Below the pieces are notes generated by a model. That model was not told the origin of the DNA and did not search any database. It saw only the letters and a list, made by a program, of their open reading frames with translations. A stretch of DNA of 64,000 nt, from contig JAIRXW010000025.1 in assembly GCA_031268035.1 (NCBI GenBank), positions 3,452 to 67,451 on the forward strand. Reading direction: 5' to 3'. The position numbers and the translations under genes are program-made. Shown piece by piece: positions 45,339-53,437 of the stretch (its first letter is position 1; every line of letters starts with the position of its first letter). The DNA comes from Rickettsiales bacterium (lineage in GTDB: Bacteria > Pseudomonadota > Alphaproteobacteria > Rickettsiales > UBA1997).

Positions 45339-45796
45339 TGAGTAGGTCAGCAGAATTGGACAGAGACTTGATACTAAGGGCCGCCAGAAGTTGGATTGGC
45401 ACGAGATTCCACTTTGCCGGCAGAATTAGGAAAAATACTCTGAACAGAGGAGGAATTGATTGTATAGGTTTGATAGTCAAGGTCGGTGGAGAAATTGGCG
45501 CATGTTCCGGAGGAAAAAACTTGGAAAGCTACGATTATTTGACCTATTCCAGATATCCAAATTTTGGCGAAATGAAAGAATTTATGGATAGGCATTTTTT
45601 AAAAATCAGCGAAAATGCAGTTGATATTGGTGATATAATGTACTTTAACTTTGCTGGTGGGCTAGAACATACGGCAATTGTGAGTGATTACGGTATAATA
45701 CACTGCTATCTAGAGGCAAAATCTGTTGTGGAACATATATTTACCGACTATTGGAAGAAAAAGGTGTTAGGATTTTATAGATACGTAAAAAATTAA
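45338..45796 (+). CDS. NlpC/P60-type phage cell-wall peptidase (RcGTA g14-like)
   Basis: AR.WIGT.F.H.GR......GIDCIGLI (catalytic Cys) ... EHTAIV (His). ATGA overlap with the preceding g13-like gene. Confidence 0.7.
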   Translation: MSRSAELDRDLILRAARSWIGTRFHFAGRIRKNTLNRGGIDCIGLIVKVGGEIGACSGGKNLESYDYLTYSRYPNFGEMKEFMDRHFLKISENAVDIGDIMYFNFAGGLEHTAIVSDYGIIHCYLEAKSVVEHIFTDYWKKKVLGFYRYVKN

Positions 45797-45896
45797 TGAA
45801 ATCCCTTTCTTCATTGGCAGCTCTTACTCCGTGGGGTATTGATTTTTGGGTATTTTATTTACTTTTTCAGAAGCACTGTCTAATATGTTGCCCGTT

Positions 45897-45973
45897 GGGT
45901 TTGTAGCTCAGATGGTTAGAGCGTTGCTCTGATAAAGCAAAGGTCGGCGGTTCAATTCCGCCCAGACCCACCA
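45897..45973 (+). tRNA. tRNA-Ile (anticodon GAU), 77 nt, CCA encoded
   Basis: GGGTTTG-TA-GCTC-AGATGGTTA-GAGC-G-TTGCT-CTGATAA-AGCAA-AGGTC-GGCGG-TTCAATT-CCGCC-CAGACCC-A-CCA. Confidence 0.9.
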
Positions 45974-46100
45974 GGTTGAAGCATGGGAAACCATTAGATA
46001 GCACAAAAAGATTCTAGAGAAAAGAGGTGAGAACAGTTCCCTCCTAGAGGAGGTGATGAAAAGTAATTCATGATTGTAGATCGTAAAAATTCCAGCCTTG

Positions 46101-46190
46101 TGGCGGATAGGGAGGGATTCGAACCCCCGGAAGGCTTGCACCTTCGCCGGTTTTCAAGACCGGAACATTCAACCGCTCTGTCACCTATCC
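46101..46190 (-). tRNA. tRNA-Ser (anticodon UGA), 90 nt, CCA encoded
   Basis: The reverse complement is GGATAGG-TG-...-CCGGT-CTTGAAA-ACCGG-(long variable arm CGAAGGTGCAAGCCTTC)-...GGTTCGAATCC...-CCTATCC-G-CCA. Confidence 0.9.
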
Positions 46191-46401
46191 GCGGCTCTGT
46201 GAAAACCCAGTGATTGTAGAATTCGTTTTCAAAAAAACAATTGGGCGGCGCTTGATTTTCTCTCCGCTGAATATTCTTTAGCTTCCGCCATATAGCGTCC
46301 CAAAACATTTTCAAAATGTAGGTAATTTTACAAATTTTAAGGTTATTTTATTGACAAATTCAGGATTCTAGGTATCTTTCTGGAGCCCAGGCTGTCGGTA
46401 A

Positions 46402-46476
46402 GGTCCCTTCGTCTAGTGGTTAGGACGCTAGCTTCTCAAGCTGGTAATACGGGTTCAAATCCCGTAGGGACTACCA
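46402..46476 (+). tRNA. tRNA-Glu (anticodon CUC), 75 nt, CCA encoded
   Basis: GGTCCCT-TC-GTCT-AGTGGTTA-GGAC-G-CTAGC-TTCTCAA-GCTGG-TAATA-CGGGT-TCAAATC-CCGTA... with acceptor 3' strand AGGGACT-A-CCA. Confidence 0.85.
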
Positions 46477-46838
46477 TTTTTGACTGGTCATATTTTTTTA
46501 ACGTTATTAAAAAGTATTATTCAGAACAAAATATATGGATGTTTAAAATTTGAAATTCTATCCTAGAGGCGTGTCCTGATTTGTTTGTGTGGTCTAAAAG
46601 CTTTTGAGACCAATGGAATGTTTTAAAATTTTTACGGGGCAATAGAGGTAATTGTAAAAATTTAAATAGTTGATTTTAAAATTTAAAGGAGATTATAGTT
46701 GGTGGTCAGACTCCGGTGGGTTGTGGTCAGAAGCATGGATTTTTAAAGGTAATTCTGGGTTTTTGGCGTGATTTGAAATGAGTTTAGCATATACTGTTGG
46801 TATGTATTTTTCATAAAAAATACAATTTATTTAGTATA

Positions 46839-46866
46839 TTGACATTAAAAATACTGTGTATATCAT
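46839..46866 (+). promoter_or_regulatory. sigma70-like promoter in AT-rich gap
   Basis: TTGACA (46839-46844), 16 nt, TATCAT (46861-46866). Confidence 0.4.
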
Positions 46867-46872
46867 GTGGAT

Positions 46873-46999
46873 ACAATGATTATTATTTATCATTCCATAG
46901 TATCATTGGATTAATATTATTTTTTATTGAGAAAATGTATTAATTAATTTTTTCCTTTATTTATTATTAGAGAGACACCGGAAACGGTGTCTTTTTTTT
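46873..46999 (+). ncRNA. candidate small RNA (~125 nt) bracketed by promoter and intrinsic terminator
   Basis: The predicted TSS is ~7 nt after the -10 element. There is no plausible ORF or RBS inside. It ends at the hairpin plus T8 at 46974-46999. Confidence 0.25.
46974..46999 (+). terminator. Rho-independent terminator
   Basis: gacaccg-gaaa-cggtgtc followed directly by tttttttt. Confidence 0.7.
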
Positions 47000-47225
47000 G
47001 TTTCGTCTAGATATATATTATTTTAGGAAAGTTATCCATGTACTGTGGCGGATTATGCCATATTATATTCCATGTTTTATAATTTTATTTTTAATAATAG
47101 CGGCTAAAATAATTTTTTTATAAATTGTACTGCGATTTACCGCTCTCCTATATAATTTTTATTTACTAATGATGCCCATTGGGGGAATAAATAATTCAGT
47201 ATAGGAATTACAAAAAAAAATGAAG

Positions 47226-47254
47226 TTGACTTACAGTAAAATATGTATTATAAT
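47226..47254 (+). promoter_or_regulatory. near-consensus sigma70 promoter
   Basis: TTGACT (47226-47231), 17 nt, TATAAT (47249-47254), 32 nt upstream of ATG 47286. Confidence 0.55.
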
Positions 47255-47285
47255 TCTAATAATTTATCATTAAACTGAATTGAAA

Positions 47286-47564
47286 ATGTCTAATAATAAC
47301 AATGAGAGAAACGAACCAACTATAGCATTGAGTTGGTCAGCGTATGACATTCTAGATGTTTTGGCAAACTGCTATAACGTAGACCATAAAACTCTGGTGG
47401 AAACGGCAATAAAAATGTTCTTTTACTACGAATTAAAAATCGATAAACTAAAAAAAGAGGGTATAGATAGAGAAGAACTCCCAAGAGATAAAATTGATAG
47501 AGGTGTTTCAAAAATAGAGCAGAACGAAGACGAAAACATTGTGATCAATCTAAAATTTAGCTAA
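47286..47564 (+). CDS. small hypothetical protein
   Basis: A 92-codon ORF downstream of a strong promoter. No motif recognised; the C-terminal half is helical and charged. Confidence 0.4.
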   Translation: MSNNNNERNEPTIALSWSAYDILDVLANCYNVDHKTLVETAIKMFFYYELKIDKLKKEGIDREELPRDKIDRGVSKIEQNEDENIVINLKFS

Positions 47565-47588
47565 ACCCCAGTGCCAGGGAACAACAAA

Positions 47589-48143
47589 CTAGATATCCCC
47601 AAGATCTTTCAGTATCGCGTTAATTTTTCTTTCCCTAGCTAGAGGGGTTATGAGCGTGATTATCCCATAGAGCAGGCGCTTCTTTCTGCTGGCGCAAAGC
47701 TTCCCAAAGGCATCACGGGCCTTTGGGTTATCTGCCAGCGCCCTCTCTAGCTCTTCGGGAATCGAAAGATTTTCGATTGAATCCGATATAAAATAGGAAC
47801 CATTGGACTTAGCTCTCTCTATTGTTTCAAAACCATGGGGGGTCATGAGGCCCTGCTCTATAAGTTCGTCTATCTTATTTTTGTTAAATTTTGACCAAAA
47901 ACTCTTTGGACGCCGAGGAGAAAAATACTGTTTTCGCCTCAGGTCATCTATGGCTCTGACCGTGCTGTCTATCCAACCGAAGCAGAGGGCCTCATCCCTA
48001 GCCTCCGGATAAATAATTCCGCCAGAATTAGTGGCCTTTGATTTTCTATGGAATATCAACCAAACACCCTTCGATGTGCTGCAGTTGTCAAACAGCCAGT
48101 TTCTCCATTCTTGCCTGGAATTAAAATAAATGCTTTCGACCAT
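47589..48143 (-). CDS. YdeI/OmpD-associated family protein
   Basis: W..WL......  .GVWLIFH+K...........EA...ALCFGWIDS pattern, with the C-terminal helical part. Confidence 0.6.
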   Translation of the reverse strand: MVESIYFNSRQEWRNWLFDNCSTSKGVWLIFHRKSKATNSGGIIYPEARDEALCFGWIDSTVRAIDDLRRKQYFSPRRPKSFWSKFNKNKIDELIEQGLMTPHGFETIERAKSNGSYFISDSIENLSIPEELERALADNPKARDAFGKLCASRKKRLLYGIITLITPLARERKINAILKDLGDI

Positions 48144-48158
48144 AGCAGCCTAAAATGT

Positions 48159-49955
48159 TTATCCCTGGTACAGAACGCCGTCTTTCTGCATATCCCACAT
48201 GCTTCTGAACAGACCCCTATTGGCCAACAGTTCCTCTTTGGAGCCGTCTTCGGCGATCCTGCCGTCATTAAAAACTATAATCCTATCCAGATGGTTTAGA
48301 GTAGATAATTTATGACCTATGATAATAACTGTTTTATCAGCCATGTGTTTTCTAATGGTATCCTGTATTTCCCATTCGGTTAAATTATCCAGAGAGGAGG
48401 TTGCCTCGTCCAGAAGAAGTATTTTGCTGTTTTTCAGGACAACCATGGCGATAGCTATTCTCTGCTTTTGGCCACCACTCAGTTTAAAGCCCCTATCACC
48501 AACAATGCTGTTGAATCCATCGTCTAGTTTGGATATGAATTCATGGCAATTTGATTTCAGGCTTGCCTCCTTTATCTCGTCGAAACTTGCTCCGGCTTTA
48601 CCATAGGCGATGTTTTCTCTCAGAGTTCTATGGAACAGTGTGGGCTCCTGGGGAACATAGGATATATTTTTTCTGAGACTTTTTTGGGTGAGAGCAGTTT
48701 TTATGTCATAGCCATCTATGAATATATTACCATGACTCACGTCATAGATTCGCATAAGCAGTGAAACCAGTGTACTTTTTCCCGCCCCACTGTAGCCAAC
48801 TATACCTACCTTTTGATTTGCTTTTATGATAAAATTCAGATTTTCAAAGACATATGGTTTATTTTTATCATATCCAAAATATACATTTCTAAATTCAATT
48901 TCCCCTCTTTCGATTACAATATCTTTAGCAGAGGGGCTATCTGAGATTCTATGTGGCACCATGAGGGTGGTCATAGCTCTATTCATTTCGGCAAACAGTT
49001 CGGTATTTTCTAAAAATTTCTGAGCAGCAACTTTAATCCACCAAAAAATAGAACTTGTGGTCTGTATCACAAACATAAATTCTCCAAGACTCAGACTTCC
49101 TTTTCTATAGAGAGAGAATCCCATAAAACCCATAGAATATAGCAATGTGCATACGGATAGAAAATTAAATAGATCTACCATAGCCCTCATAAATTGCTGT
49201 TCTGATCTTGCCCTGAGTATAACCAGAGTTTGCTTTTTTATGTTAGCTTTTTCCAAATTCTCTCTGGAAAAACTCTTGATTCCAACAATATTTGTCAGAC
49301 AATCCATCACTTCTCCGGAGCAGTTACTCTCTGCCTCTGCGATTATCTCAGATTTTTTCTCCATTTTCCCCGCAAAGAAATAGAAAACAAAGAAATACAA
49401 TGTCGTCAGGATCAACATTGTCAGACCAAGATAAAAATTTTTTGTGGCAAACAAACACACTAGGGCCAGCAGAGTCAATAAATTAGATAGAAGCTCAAAG
49501 GAATTATCAACAAAATAGGGAATATCATCAACGATGCTATTGATTTTACTATTTATAGCGCCGGGTAGATTTTCACTGAAAAAGGCAGTGGGTTGTTTTA
49601 ATAAATGCTGAAAAATATGTAATCTAACACTTTCCTTTGATTTAAATGTAAAGGTAAAACTAAGTTTTCTCCTTAGAACAGAGGTGGGGAAAGATATGGG
49701 GGCTATCAGGGGGAAAATTATCAGCAAAACAAACACTGTTCTATAGTTTAAGATGTCGCCCCCTTCCAATTTATCTATGATAACCTGGAGAAGGTAATTT
49801 CCTCCAAAAAACTCCACGAAGTCAACCAGCACCGTGAGAATAAAGAGGGACACAAATATTTCCCAGCCGTATATCTTAAAAAATTTCCAAAGGAAACTGA
49901 AACAGTTTTTCCCTCTAGTGTCAGCAGACATAAATAACTCCAGCCTAAAAATCAA
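48159..49955 (-). CDS. ABC exporter, fused permease/ATPase (MsbA/multidrug-type)
   Basis: Six N-terminal TM helices, Walker A GYSGAGKST, signature LSGGQKQRIAIA, and Walker B ILLLDEATSSLD. Confidence 0.9.
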   Translation of the reverse strand: MIFRLELFMSADTRGKNCFSFLWKFFKIYGWEIFVSLFILTVLVDFVEFFGGNYLLQVIIDKLEGGDILNYRTVFVLLIIFPLIAPISFPTSVLRRKLSFTFTFKSKESVRLHIFQHLLKQPTAFFSENLPGAINSKINSIVDDIPYFVDNSFELLSNLLTLLALVCLFATKNFYLGLTMLILTTLYFFVFYFFAGKMEKKSEIIAEAESNCSGEVMDCLTNIVGIKSFSRENLEKANIKKQTLVILRARSEQQFMRAMVDLFNFLSVCTLLYSMGFMGFSLYRKGSLSLGEFMFVIQTTSSIFWWIKVAAQKFLENTELFAEMNRAMTTLMVPHRISDSPSAKDIVIERGEIEFRNVYFGYDKNKPYVFENLNFIIKANQKVGIVGYSGAGKSTLVSLLMRIYDVSHGNIFIDGYDIKTALTQKSLRKNISYVPQEPTLFHRTLRENIAYGKAGASFDEIKEASLKSNCHEFISKLDDGFNSIVGDRGFKLSGGQKQRIAIAMVVLKNSKILLLDEATSSLDNLTEWEIQDTIRKHMADKTVIIIGHKLSTLNHLDRIIVFNDGRIAEDGSKEELLANRGLFRSMWDMQKDGVLYQG

Positions 49956-50227
49956 AAAACCGCCGGAATTACTTTGCGGGCAGAAAAACCATAGAGGAAG
50001 TCGAACTGTGCTCGCGCGAAGCAGTACCCTCTTGGACGCCTAGATTTACCGGATCAAACTAGCAACCACCGTTCTGAGTATAAATTAGTAATTTTATTAC
50101 ACAACATAGGGTATGCTGGAAAATTAAAAAATATACAATTTAGCAGTTGCTAGTTTTCAGAATTAGAATCTAATGGTTGGGTCGCGTCCGCTGCCGGCAG
50201 TCTGGGGACGCTCACAACTTCTAGGAA

Positions 50228-50773
50228 TTATAAATCCTCTTTCTCTTTCTCTTTCTCATCAGGTTTGGTGGGCTCACTTTGTTTTTTCGAGCTTATTCTA
50301 CTGCCAATAAAATCTATTCCGTGGCCTTCTTTGTAATGATTTATGCACTCTTTAGTTGCATTTACTATAGGTTTAATCCGCTTATCGTGATATGTAAAAC
50401 AGAGCTCCTCGAGAATATTTTTATTTTCCTCTAAAATTTTCATTTTTTTATTGGTGCTGTCTAGGTACTCTTCTTCGAGTTCTTCAGATGTCTTTTTAAT
50501 TTTCTTTGCCCGTTCACTATTCTTTATAGTTTTCTCACCTAAATACTCGTTTAATTTTTTAGCCTTTGAATTAATTCCATTTCGGAAAACATACATCAGG
50601 GTGCCACTTGCAAGTCCACCAACACCGGCCGATACAAGCGCTATTGCCAGTGTGACAGAAGCTTCAGCAGAGCTTGCTCCGATAATGGGAGTGGAAGATA
50701 TTGGTGCCATAAGAAAACCTAAAGTAAGGGAAAGGGACAACCCTCTAATCCCCCTGCTTTTTTTAATAAGCAT
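50228..50773 (-). CDS. small protein with bilobed hydrophobic domain + coiled coil (local family member 1)
   Basis: GLSLSLTLGFLMAPISSTPIIGA-SSAEAS-VTLAIALVSAGVGGLASGTLMYVF is followed by Lys/Glu-rich helical sequence and a Cys/His-containing C-terminal part. Confidence 0.55.
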   Translation of the reverse strand: MLIKKSRGIRGLSLSLTLGFLMAPISSTPIIGASSAEASVTLAIALVSAGVGGLASGTLMYVFRNGINSKAKKLNEYLGEKTIKNSERAKKIKKTSEELEEEYLDSTNKKMKILEENKNILEELCFTYHDKRIKPIVNATKECINHYKEGHGIDFIGSRISSKKQSEPTKPDEKEKEKEDL

Positions 50774-50993
50774 ATTTATAATAATAAAATTAACTTAGTG
50801 GCAATGGTAGGCGCTCACTAACTATAGTCAAGCATACTAATGCTTGTGTTCTGGTATTTTTACTCAACTTTATAAATATATTTACATGATGGCATGAATA
50901 TTTGGAAGTTGGATAAATTGCAGATTGTAATTTGTGTACTGCCCTAGAATGTAATATTTTTTACTCTTTTCTCGGTACTATTCACAGAAAAAA

Positions 50994-51590
50994 ATGTTCT
51001 ACGAGGTAAAATTTCCAGAGGAAATATCTATAAAATCTACGGTGTCAATTGAATTTGACACAAATATTATAACTTCTAAAAATGGGAACGAATTCAGGGC
51101 AGCCAATAGAAAATGTAGAATGGTCTATGACGTGTGCGGCGACATAGGCACGAAAAATGACCTGGATAGAATAGCTGATTTTTTTAGACTGGTTAGGGGT
51201 CGAAGTATAGGCTTTAGATATAAGGATTGGCTTGATTTTCATGGAGAAAAACAGTTTATAGGTAGGTCGGATGGACTATCCAAAAAATTTCAACTGGTGA
51301 AGATCTACTCTAATCCGATAGACGGAACTTTGTCCTATGTGCGCGAAATAACAAAACCCGTGGTGGATGGAGTAAAAATATACGTTGATGACGAGGAAAT
51401 TGAGCAATTTACTGTTGATCACACTAGCGGGCAAATTTTTTTAGATACGGCACCGGATGAAAACAGTGTGCTGAGGGCCACCTTTGATTTTGACGTGCCA
51501 GTTAGGTTCGATACAGATAGATTGGAGATACACATGCATGACAGAATGAGTGGCGAAATAGGGAATGTGAGAATCGTGGAAATACTGTGA
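50994..51590 (+). CDS. DUF2460/TIGR02217-type GTA distal tail protein homologue (RcGTA g12-like)
   Basis: MFYEVKFPEEIS..S......F.T.I..S.NG.E.R......R..YDV......... L..I..FF....GR..GFRYKDW.DF... follows the DUF2460 N-terminal pattern. Confidence 0.7.
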   Translation: MFYEVKFPEEISIKSTVSIEFDTNIITSKNGNEFRAANRKCRMVYDVCGDIGTKNDLDRIADFFRLVRGRSIGFRYKDWLDFHGEKQFIGRSDGLSKKFQLVKIYSNPIDGTLSYVREITKPVVDGVKIYVDDEEIEQFTVDHTSGQIFLDTAPDENSVLRATFDFDVPVRFDTDRLEIHMHDRMSGEIGNVRIVEIL

Positions 51591-51605
51591 CACATTGTGT
51601 TCATT

Positions 51606-53060
51606 TTAATTTATAATCCAGTCTGGATCGCTTGCCCCCACATTCTCTGGCGTGTTGATCATCACTTCGACTTTCCTTAGAACATCCATGATGTATATTT
51701 TTGGTATACTTCCTAGACCAAAGGCGCTCGCCTGTTTCGTATATATTATAAACCTAGAATTCGGAGACCATCTTATACCCTCTATCAGAAAACCCTTTGT
51801 CAGATATGTGATATCGTCTCCCTCAGGGGTCATTAGGCCAATGTGGAACTCCCCCTTGGCTATTTTGACGAATGCTATAAGTTTTCCATCTGGAGACCAG
51901 GAGGGTTTGTCATAGGTGCCTTCGGACTTTGATAGCAGAGTTTCTCTGGCGGTTGTCATATCCATGATGTATAGTTTTCTTCCTCCATCTCTGTTTGACA
52001 CAAAGACAATTTTCTGGCCGTTGGGGCTGAAGCTTGCCGAAGTGTTAATTCCCTCTCTGTTTGTCAATTTTTTGTTCGTGTTTTTTATAAAATCGAATAG
52101 GAAAAGGTTAGTATCCGCCTCCTGCTCCGTGCCGGCCAGAATTAGTTGGTCGACATTTTTGACTGGATTACAGACGGCGGCGCTGGTCATGATCTGTCCA
52201 TTTGAAATCTTTTCTAGGTATCCATTTTTTAGGTTTTGTCTAACGATGAACGGTCCATCTTTCAGGTATTCTAAATAGTATACCTCATCCCGATTATATC
52301 TGGAAAATACTGGGGTAAGCTTAATGTTGGAACTGCCATTAATTACAGCACTCCTGCTCCCATCAAAATTCATCAGTACGACCTGTTTCTTTCTATTGCC
52401 GGGTTTTCCGGTTTCAGATATGTACATTATTCTACTGTCAAAAAGACCCATGGTTTCTCCCGCTGTCTCTTTAAAAATAAAATCAGAGATTACATTAGAT
52501 AGTTTATAGGCATTGCTGTGTTTTTCATCGATAATTAATATGTAGGATTTACCAGCGATGAAATGGCCCTTCGATATATCCCAGAGAAGGACTCTCAGTT
52601 CCATCTCATTGTCGCTCCGGAGCCCAATGTTAATGCTCAGCACAAAGTTAAAATCTATAAAATTTTCAGAAAAAATATAGTCCGAAATATCTTCGTCGCC
52701 GCTATCAAATCTATAGTCTCTAATCTCTCTGCAGGTGCCGATTTTCTGGGAGGCTTCGTATAGATCCACAAAGTTGAGGTTTTTTATGATTTGCCCTTGG
52801 ATTTTTTCTAGGGTATTTTTATGGGTTCTGTCTGTTATTTCTCTGTAATTTTGGATGTTTTCATCCCCGGAAGAGCTGATAAAACATGGCTCAAGAACTG
52901 TCAGTTTCAGCCGGGTGTTTTTGGTGACATTTTTTTCAAAATTTATTTTATTTTCTTCGCCAAACACATGTCCTCGGGCAATTCTCTCTGCTAAAATGGC
53001 GCTGGGCATAGCTATGCCCAGATATAAAATTATTTGAAGTATCCTGGGTGTGAAACGCAT
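51606..53060 (-). CDS. tolB: Tol-Pal system beta-propeller protein TolB
   Basis: Signal peptide. The C-terminal propeller has repeated ..SFSPNGQKIVFVS.RDG...LY.M, PSWSPDGKLIAF and RWSPNSRFIIY, and ends SDPDW. No pal gene is adjacent. Confidence 0.85.
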   Translation of the reverse strand: MRFTPRILQIILYLGIAMPSAILAERIARGHVFGEENKINFEKNVTKNTRLKLTVLEPCFISSSGDENIQNYREITDRTHKNTLEKIQGQIIKNLNFVDLYEASQKIGTCREIRDYRFDSGDEDISDYIFSENFIDFNFVLSINIGLRSDNEMELRVLLWDISKGHFIAGKSYILIIDEKHSNAYKLSNVISDFIFKETAGETMGLFDSRIMYISETGKPGNRKKQVVLMNFDGSRSAVINGSSNIKLTPVFSRYNRDEVYYLEYLKDGPFIVRQNLKNGYLEKISNGQIMTSAAVCNPVKNVDQLILAGTEQEADTNLFLFDFIKNTNKKLTNREGINTSASFSPNGQKIVFVSNRDGGRKLYIMDMTTARETLLSKSEGTYDKPSWSPDGKLIAFVKIAKGEFHIGLMTPEGDDITYLTKGFLIEGIRWSPNSRFIIYTKQASAFGLGSIPKIYIMDVLRKVEVMINTPENVGASDPDWIIN

Positions 53061-53310
53061 TTCCTATCCGATATATCTAAAAATACAGATCCCATTGTGG
53101 GCAGAAAAATTTTTTAAAACCTACCCAACTCTAGTGCATTAAAATTTAGTCTTCAATAGTGAATTTGTGTTAAATTTATTCCCAGGCCCGTTGCTGCGCT
53201 CCTGGTCCCAATATTTTAATGTGTAATTGTTATGAATAGTGCTGGGCAGTGATTGTATCTAGTATTTATGATAAAAATAGAACAATGTTATAGAAGAGAA
53301 GCTGGGCAGC

Positions 53311-53339
53311 TTGACTATTACAAGTAGTCTAGATATATT
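53311..53339 (+). promoter_or_regulatory. sigma70-like promoter for mgtA (~90-nt leader)
   Basis: TTGACT (53311-53316), 17 nt, TATATT (53334-53339). The leader contains a T7 tract (ccgttttttt) 20 nt before the ATG. Confidence 0.45.
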
Positions 53340-53437
53340 GGACGCGGTGCCTGTAGCATTTTTATTATTTATTAATTCTTACTGTAACCAACATGACCTA
53401 ACACTGTTACGTTACCGTTTTTTTGTGAGGTGCGTCT

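Noticed and set aside
45908-46314. ORFs 45908-46141(-) and 45994-46314(-).
   Set aside because: They overlap tRNA-Ile and tRNA-Ser and are artefacts of the tRNA cluster.
46500-47285. Replication origin (AT-rich 0.8 kb, TTTTAAAATTT-type words, gtggtc(a/t)(g/a)a x3, one 8/9 DnaA-box-like tgtggatac).
   Set aside because: There is only one near-consensus DnaA box and no cluster. No dnaA, hemE or parAB context is present and I cannot compute GC skew. The evidence is too weak.
47286-48143. Toxin-antitoxin pair (small ORF next to the YdeI-like gene).
   Set aside because: The genes are convergent, not co-transcribed, and neither shows toxin or antitoxin motifs.
53346-53437. Mg2+ riboswitch, or an mgtL-like leader peptide or attenuator, in the mgtA leader.
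   Set aside because: The leader has a T7 tract, but the preceding hairpin (gtaac/gttac) is only 5-6 bp. No M-box-like conserved core or proline-rich mini-ORF is visible.
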